NCBI GenBank assembly: GCA_031271465.1
Contig: JAISVR010000030.1
Span: forward strand, 7,455 to 71,454
DNA from: Prevotellaceae bacterium
Lineage (GTDB): Bacteria; Bacteroidota; Bacteroidia; Bacteroidales; Paludibacteraceae
DNA: 64,000 nt
Reading direction: 5' to 3'
Shown here: positions 59,534 through 64,000 of the stretch, piece after piece
Numbering within the stretch: position 1 is the first letter of the stretch
Layout of the letters: each line of letters opens with the position of its first letter
Translations under genes and position numbers: made by a program
Notes under the pieces: generated by a model
Told to the model about the DNA's origin: nothing
The model's input: only the letters and a program-made list of their open reading frames with translations
The model's database searches: none

Positions 59534-59535
59534 TT

Positions 59536-59901
59536 ATGATACAACCAGAATCAAGATTAGTTGTTGCAGACAACAGCGGAGCCAAAGAAGCATTGTGTAT
59601 TCGCGTTCTCGGTGGTACCGGTAAGCGTTACGCTACTGTAGGCGATGTTATCGTAGTAACCGTAAAGCACACCATACCTGCAAGTGATGTAAAAAAAGGA
59701 GCAGTTTCAAAAGCTGTTATTGTTCGCACCAAAAAAGAAGTGCGTCGCCAAGATGGGTCATACATCCGTTTTGACGATAATGCCTGTGTCCTTTTAAACA
59801 ACGCGGGTGAAATTCGTGGAAGCCGTATTTTTGGACCGGTAGCGCGCGAACTTCGTGCCACAAATATGAAAATCATTTCGCTTGCGCCGGAAGTACTTTA
59901 A
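59536..59901 (+). CDS. rplN: 50S ribosomal protein L14
   Basis: [15 protein letters not shown]... Conserved sequence and operon order. Confidence 0.97.
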   Translation: MIQPESRLVVADNSGAKEALCIRVLGGTGKRYATVGDVIVVTVKHTIPASDVKKGAVSKAVIVRTKKEVRRQDGSYIRFDDNACVLLNNAGEIRGSRIFGPVARELRATNMKIISLAPEVL

Positions 59902-59922
59902 TCTTCGTAAAAAAAATCAGAA

Positions 59923-60258
59923 ATGAGCAAACTACATGTAAAGAAAGGTGATAATGTTATTGTAACGATAGCAGGTCACGATAAGAAAAATGGACAATGG
60001 CAGCCACATCGTGTTTTGAGCGTAGATGTGAAAAAACAAAAAGCTATCGTGGAAGGCGTTAATATGGTATCAAAAAGCACCAAGCCCAATGCCAAAAATC
60101 CTCAAGGTGGAATTGTGAAGCAAGAAGCACCTATTCACATTTCGAACCTCATGCTGGTTGACCCCAAAACGGGTGCACCTACCCGTATCGGTCGCCGCCT
60201 CAATGAAAAAGGAGAATTGGTGCGTTACGCTAAAAAATCAGGGGAGGAAATCAAATAA
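59923..60258 (+). CDS. rplX: 50S ribosomal protein L24
   Basis: KOW motif (VKKGDNVIV) and operon order. Confidence 0.95.
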   Translation: MSKLHVKKGDNVIVTIAGHDKKNGQWQPHRVLSVDVKKQKAIVEGVNMVSKSTKPNAKNPQGGIVKQEAPIHISNLMLVDPKTGAPTRIGRRLNEKGELVRYAKKSGEEIK

Positions 60259-60803
60259 TGAATACAGCAAGCATGAAAGCCGATTACAAAGAACGCATCG
60301 TTCCGGCTTTAAAGAAAGAATTTGGCTATAGTTCAATAATGCAAGTTCCTCAACTCGAGAAAATAGTTTTGAATCAAGGGTTGGGTATTGCCGTAGCCGA
60401 TAAAAAAATTATCGAAGTAGCAATTAATGAAATGACCGCTATTGCAGGACAAAAAGCAGTTGCAACCGTATCAAAAAAAGATATTTCGAACTTCAAATTG
60501 CGTAAAAAAATGCCTATCGGTGTGCGAGTTACACTTCGCGGTGAGAAAATGTATGAATTTCTTGAAAGATTGATTCGTGTTGCCTTACCTCGTATTCGCG
60601 ACTTCAAAGGAATTGAAAGCAAATTGGACGGAAAAGGAAACTACACTTTTGGTATTCAAGAGCAAATTATCTTTCCCGAAATCAATATCGACAGTGTTCA
60701 ACGCATTGTAGGGATGAATATCACCCTTGTAACCTCTGCTAAAACTGACGAAGAAGGTTTTGCATTATTGAAAGAATTTGGCTTGCCTTTTAAGAAAAAC
60801 TAA
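60258..60803 (+). CDS. rplE: 50S ribosomal protein L5
   Basis: Conserved sequence and operon order. Confidence 0.97.
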   Translation: MNTASMKADYKERIVPALKKEFGYSSIMQVPQLEKIVLNQGLGIAVADKKIIEVAINEMTAIAGQKAVATVSKKDISNFKLRKKMPIGVRVTLRGEKMYEFLERLIRVALPRIRDFKGIESKLDGKGNYTFGIQEQIIFPEINIDSVQRIVGMNITLVTSAKTDEEGFALLKEFGLPFKKN

Positions 60804-60822
60804 TTAAAATAAAGAGAGAACA

Positions 60823-61092
60823 ATGGCAAAAGAATCAATGAAAGCCCGCGAGGTAAAACGCGCTAAAATGGTGGCAAAATATGCCGAAAAACGCGCACAA
60901 ATGATTGCCGAAGGAAACTACGAAGGACTACAAAGCATTCCAAAAAATGCATCACCGGTGCGTTTGCATAATCGTTGCAAAATAACCGGTCGTCCCAAGG
61001 GTTATATGCGTCAATTCGGAATCTCGCGTATTCAATTTCGTGAAATGGCTTCCAAAGGGCTTATCCCCGGTGTGAAAAAAGCAAGTTGGTAA
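60823..61092 (+). CDS. rpsN: 30S ribosomal protein S14 (long form)
   Basis: 89 aa, ending ...[21 protein letters not shown]. Operon order supports the call. Confidence 0.96.
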   Translation: MAKESMKAREVKRAKMVAKYAEKRAQMIAEGNYEGLQSIPKNASPVRLHNRCKITGRPKGYMRQFGISRIQFREMASKGLIPGVKKASW

Positions 61093-61176
61093 TTAAAATA
61101 AAGTTCATAAAGTTACGAGATTCATAAAGTTTTTAAATAAAAAACTTTAAAACGCTCAAACTTTACGAACTTTGTG

Positions 61177-61184
61177 TATCTTTG
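61177..61184 (+). promoter_or_regulatory. TAnnTTTG motif (TATCTTTG) inside the rpsN-rpsH spacer
   Basis: Exact consensus match 66 nt before the rpsH ATG. It lies in a 158-nt spacer that also contains cataaagtt/aactttacg inverted repeats. Confidence 0.4.
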
Positions 61185-61250
61185 CGCGCTGAAATTTTTT
61201 ATTAATTAAATATTGTTCCGGCAGTCGGAATCAATTTAAAAATCATTATC

Positions 61251-61646
61251 ATGACAGATCCAATAGCAGATTATCTGACTCGTTTGCGCAACGCTATCAA
61301 GGCGGGGCATCGGGTTGTTGAGATTCCCGCTTCGAATTTGAAGAAGGAAATCACAAGGATATTGCACGAAAAAGGCTATATCCTGAATTACAAGTTTGTT
61401 GAAGATGGACCACAAGGCAGTATTAAAATTGCCTTGAAATACGATCCGGTCAACAAAGTGAATTCTATTAAAAAACTGGCAAGAGTATCTACTCCAGGTT
61501 TGCGCCAATATGCAGGCAGCAAAGAAATCCCTTCGGTACTTAACGGATTGGGTATTGCAATCCTTTCTACTTCTAAAGGCGTGATGACCGATAAGGAAGC
61601 TCGCGACCTCAAAGTAGGCGGAGAAGTATTATGTTTCATTTATTAA
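61251..61646 (+). CDS. rpsH: 30S ribosomal protein S8
   Basis: [15 protein letters not shown]... Conserved sequence and operon order. Confidence 0.97.
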   Translation: MTDPIADYLTRLRNAIKAGHRVVEIPASNLKKEITRILHEKGYILNYKFVEDGPQGSIKIALKYDPVNKVNSIKKLARVSTPGLRQYAGSKEIPSVLNGLGIAILSTSKGVMTDKEARDLKVGGEVLCFIY

Positions 61647-61665
61647 TGCGGAAGGAGAAATTAAC

Positions 61666-62220
61666 ATGTCAAGAATAGGAAAATTGCCAATTAATATCCC
61701 TGCCGGAGTTACTATTTCGATGAATGATTCGGTAGTAACGGTAAAGGGACCCAAAGGAGAACTCAGTCAACAAATAGCCCCGGCTATCGAAGTGAAAGTT
61801 GATGGAAATGTGTGTACTGTAAATCGTCCTAACGATGAAAAGCAAAATCGAGCTTATCATGGTTTGTATCGCTCGTTGATAAACAATATGGTTATTGGCG
61901 TATCGCAAGGTTACAAAAAACAACTCGAACTCGTAGGAGTTGGTTACCGTGTTTCAAACAACGGTCAGATTCTCGAATTTTCACTTGGATTTACACATCA
62001 AATTTTCTTGAGTTTACCCAAGGAAATTAAGGTGGAAACCAAAATGGAAAGAAATCAAAATCCATTAGTGATTTTGGAAAGTGCAGATAAACAGCTTATT
62101 GGTCAAGTATGTGCCAAAATCCGTTCTTTCCGGAAACCGGAACCATACAAAGGTAAAGGGATTAAATTTGTTGGAGAAGTTATTCGTCGTAAAGCCGGAA
62201 AATCGGCAAGTGCTAAATAA
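61666..62220 (+). CDS. rplF: 50S ribosomal protein L6
   Basis: MSRIGKLPI... Conserved sequence and operon order. Confidence 0.97.
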   Translation: MSRIGKLPINIPAGVTISMNDSVVTVKGPKGELSQQIAPAIEVKVDGNVCTVNRPNDEKQNRAYHGLYRSLINNMVIGVSQGYKKQLELVGVGYRVSNNGQILEFSLGFTHQIFLSLPKEIKVETKMERNQNPLVILESADKQLIGQVCAKIRSFRKPEPYKGKGIKFVGEVIRRKAGKSASAK

Positions 62221-62235
62221 TAAACACTAAGAGCT

Positions 62236-62577
62236 ATGTCAAAAATAGAAAGAAGACAAAGAATAAAATTGCATATCCGCAATAAAATTTCGGGTACTGC
62301 TGCGAAGCCTCGTTTAACTGTGTTCAGAAGCAATACGCAAATATATGCACAGATTATCGACGATATACAAGGTAAAACATTAGCGTCAGCCTCATCGTTG
62401 GGAGTCAAAGATAAAGCAACAAAAAAGGAAATCGCCGGCAAAGTAGGCGGACTTATTGCTCAGTCGGCTTTGGCAGCCGGAGTTACTGAGGTTGTCTTTG
62501 ACAGAAGCGGTTATTTGTATCACGGTAGAGTGAGAGAATTAGCTGAAGGCGCACGAAATGGAGGTCTTAAATTTTAA
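62236..62577 (+). CDS. rplR: 50S ribosomal protein L18
   Basis: Conserved sequence and operon order. Confidence 0.96.
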   Translation: MSKIERRQRIKLHIRNKISGTAAKPRLTVFRSNTQIYAQIIDDIQGKTLASASSLGVKDKATKKEIAGKVGGLIAQSALAAGVTEVVFDRSGYLYHGRVRELAEGARNGGLKF

Positions 62578-62589
62578 AAGAATTAATCA

Positions 62590-63105
62590 ATGAGAACTAA
62601 CAATAGAGTTAAAACGACCAACGATTTAGAGTTGAAAGACAGATTGGTAGCCATTAATCGTGTTACCAAAGTTACCAAAGGAGGTCGTACATTCAGTTTT
62701 TCGGCAATTGTGGTTGTCGGTAACGAAGATGGAATTGTAGGCTGGGGTTTAGGTAAAGCGGGCGAAGTAACTGCAGCTATTGCCAAAGGAGTAGAAGCAG
62801 CAAAAAAGAATCTTGTGCGTGTACCTGTTTTGAAGGGAACAATTCCTCACGAACAATTTGCTAAATTCGGTGGAGCACAGGTATTTTTGAAACCGGCTTC
62901 GCATGGTACCGGAGTAAAAGCCGGTGGTGCGATGCGTGCGGTACTCGAAAGTGTAGGTATTACCGATGTATTAGCTAAATCGAAGGGTTCGTCGAATCCA
63001 CACAATTTGGTGAAGGCTACTATCGAAGCCTTAGGCGAAATGCGTGATGCGCGTACTGTGGCTCAAAATCGTGGTATCAGTTTGGAAAAAGTGTTTAACG
63101 GCTAA
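62590..63105 (+). CDS. rpsE: 30S ribosomal protein S5
   Basis: Conserved sequence ([12 protein letters not shown]) and operon order. Confidence 0.97.
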   Translation: MRTNNRVKTTNDLELKDRLVAINRVTKVTKGGRTFSFSAIVVVGNEDGIVGWGLGKAGEVTAAIAKGVEAAKKNLVRVPVLKGTIPHEQFAKFGGAQVFLKPASHGTGVKAGGAMRAVLESVGITDVLAKSKGSSNPHNLVKATIEALGEMRDARTVAQNRGISLEKVFNG

Positions 63106-63118
63106 AAACGAAATCCTC

Positions 63119-63295
63119 ATGTCAACAATAAAAATTAAACAAATACGAAGTAAAATCAATTGCCCGCAGGTGCAAAAACTCACTCTCGAGGCACTTGGTT
63201 TACGCAAAATCAACGCCGTTGTTGAGCACGAAGCTACGCCCCAAATTTTGGGTATGGTTGAAAAGGTTAAGCATTTGGTTGAGGTAGTAAAATAA
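63119..63295 (+). CDS. rpmD: 50S ribosomal protein L30
   Basis: Start set at MSTIKIKQIRS (63119). The 25 upstream codons in the ORF track overlap rpsE. Confidence 0.93.
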   Translation: MSTIKIKQIRSKINCPQVQKLTLEALGLRKINAVVEHEATPQILGMVEKVKHLVEVVK

Positions 63296-63325
63296 TTGTA
63301 AAATCTGAATTTATAAAATTAAGAT

Positions 63326-63772
63326 ATGAATTTAAGTAGCTTACAACCCGCAGCGGGTTCTGTAAAAACGAGAAAAAGAATAGGTCGTGGTACCGGATCC
63401 GGCATGGGTGGTACTTCTACCCGTGGGCACAAAGGAGCTAAGTCGCGTTCGGGTTACTCAAGAAAAAATGGGTTTGAAGGAGGACAAATGCCTTTACAGC
63501 GCCGTTTGCCTAAATTCGGCTTTAAAAATATTAACCGTGTAGAATATAAAGCTATCAATTTGGATACCATTCAAGAGTTAGCTACTGCGACTAATGCAGC
63601 TAAAATTGGTGTTGAAGAATTGCGCAGTGCCGGTTTAATTTCAAAAAAACACTTGGTTAAAATTTTAAGTAAGGGTGCTCTTTCGTCAAAATTGACTGTA
63701 GAAGCTCACGCTTTTTCAAAAGCGGCAGAAGAAGCAATTGCAGCACAAGGTGGAACAGCAGTAAAACTCTAA
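63326..63772 (+). CDS. rplO: 50S ribosomal protein L15
   Basis: MNLSSLQPAAGS...GRGTGSGMGGTSTRGHKG. Operon order supports the call. Confidence 0.97.
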   Translation: MNLSSLQPAAGSVKTRKRIGRGTGSGMGGTSTRGHKGAKSRSGYSRKNGFEGGQMPLQRRLPKFGFKNINRVEYKAINLDTIQELATATNAAKIGVEELRSAGLISKKHLVKILSKGALSSKLTVEAHAFSKAAEEAIAAQGGTAVKL

Positions 63773-63776
63773 CAGC

Positions 63777-64000
63777 ATGAAGAAAATAATAGAAACTATA
63801 CGGAATATTTGGAAAATAGAAGAACTTAGAACACGACTTCTCACAACCATTTTGTTTGTGTTGATTTATCGTTTCGGTTCATATATAGTTCTTCCGGGCA
63901 TCAATCCTGCCGACCTTGTCAATTTGCAGGCGCAAACGGCAGGCGGTTTGATGAGCTTGTTGGATATGTTTTCCGGTGGAGCATTTTCGAATGCTTCAAT
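63777..64000 (+). CDS. secY: preprotein translocase subunit SecY (3'-truncated by window edge)
   Basis: ATG at 63777. The translation MKKIIETIRNIWKIEELRTRLLTTILFVLIYRFGSYIVLPGINPADL... matches the SecY N-terminus, in the canonical position after rplO. Confidence 0.9.
   Translation, partial: MKKIIETIRNIWKIEELRTRLLTTILFVLIYRFGSYIVLPGINPADLVNLQAQTAGGLMSLLDMFSGGAFSNAS

Overview
The window is a chromosomal segment from a Bacteroidota, probably Bacteroidales, genome. Supporting signs are TAnnTTTG-type promoter motifs, a T9SS C-terminal sorting domain, FISUMP and Bacteroidales-type HU-like proteins, and the local gene order. The core content is ordinary housekeeping. It includes korAB (the window edge cuts the 5' end of korA), tRNA-Phe, mdh, three tandem FKBP isomerases, purH, mreBCD-mrdA-rodA, tatD-yidD-rnpA, a hemD-like gene plus DUF4271, frr, rsgA, yceD-rpmF-fabH and efp. 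It ends with the rpsL-rpsG-fusA / S10 / spc ribosomal operon running into a 3'-truncated secY. Three accessory or unusual regions stand out. (1) uvrA is split exactly at the linker between its two ABC modules by a same-strand ORF6N (KilA-N-like) gene. That gene has its own promoter-like motif and an ATGA stop/start overlap with the downstream uvrA half, and both halves are intact. (2) A block at about 23.2-39.6 kb carries a phage-CI-like HTH regulator diverging from an HU-like gene. Between them lie three 22-bp-phased direct repeats. Downstream come a long nested hairpin, a ~630-bp tandem array of a palindromic MITE/REP-like element (174-bp higher-order period, not CRISPR), an 11.7-kb gene for a 3913-aa T9SS-sorted adhesin-like protein and an OmpA-family partner. 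The giant gene contains ten Ig-like repeats organised as triplet blocks. (3) The 2.7-7.1 kb segment beside tRNA-Phe has an orphan promoter-to-terminator unit containing a (CA)19 microsatellite. It also holds two paralogous lipoproteins with a shared signal-peptide cassette, a second HU-like gene followed by four tandem mini-palindromes, and a FISUMP lipoprotein. Several short interspersed repeat families recur in the intergenic regions. No rRNA, CRISPR array, integrase or intact transposase is visible.
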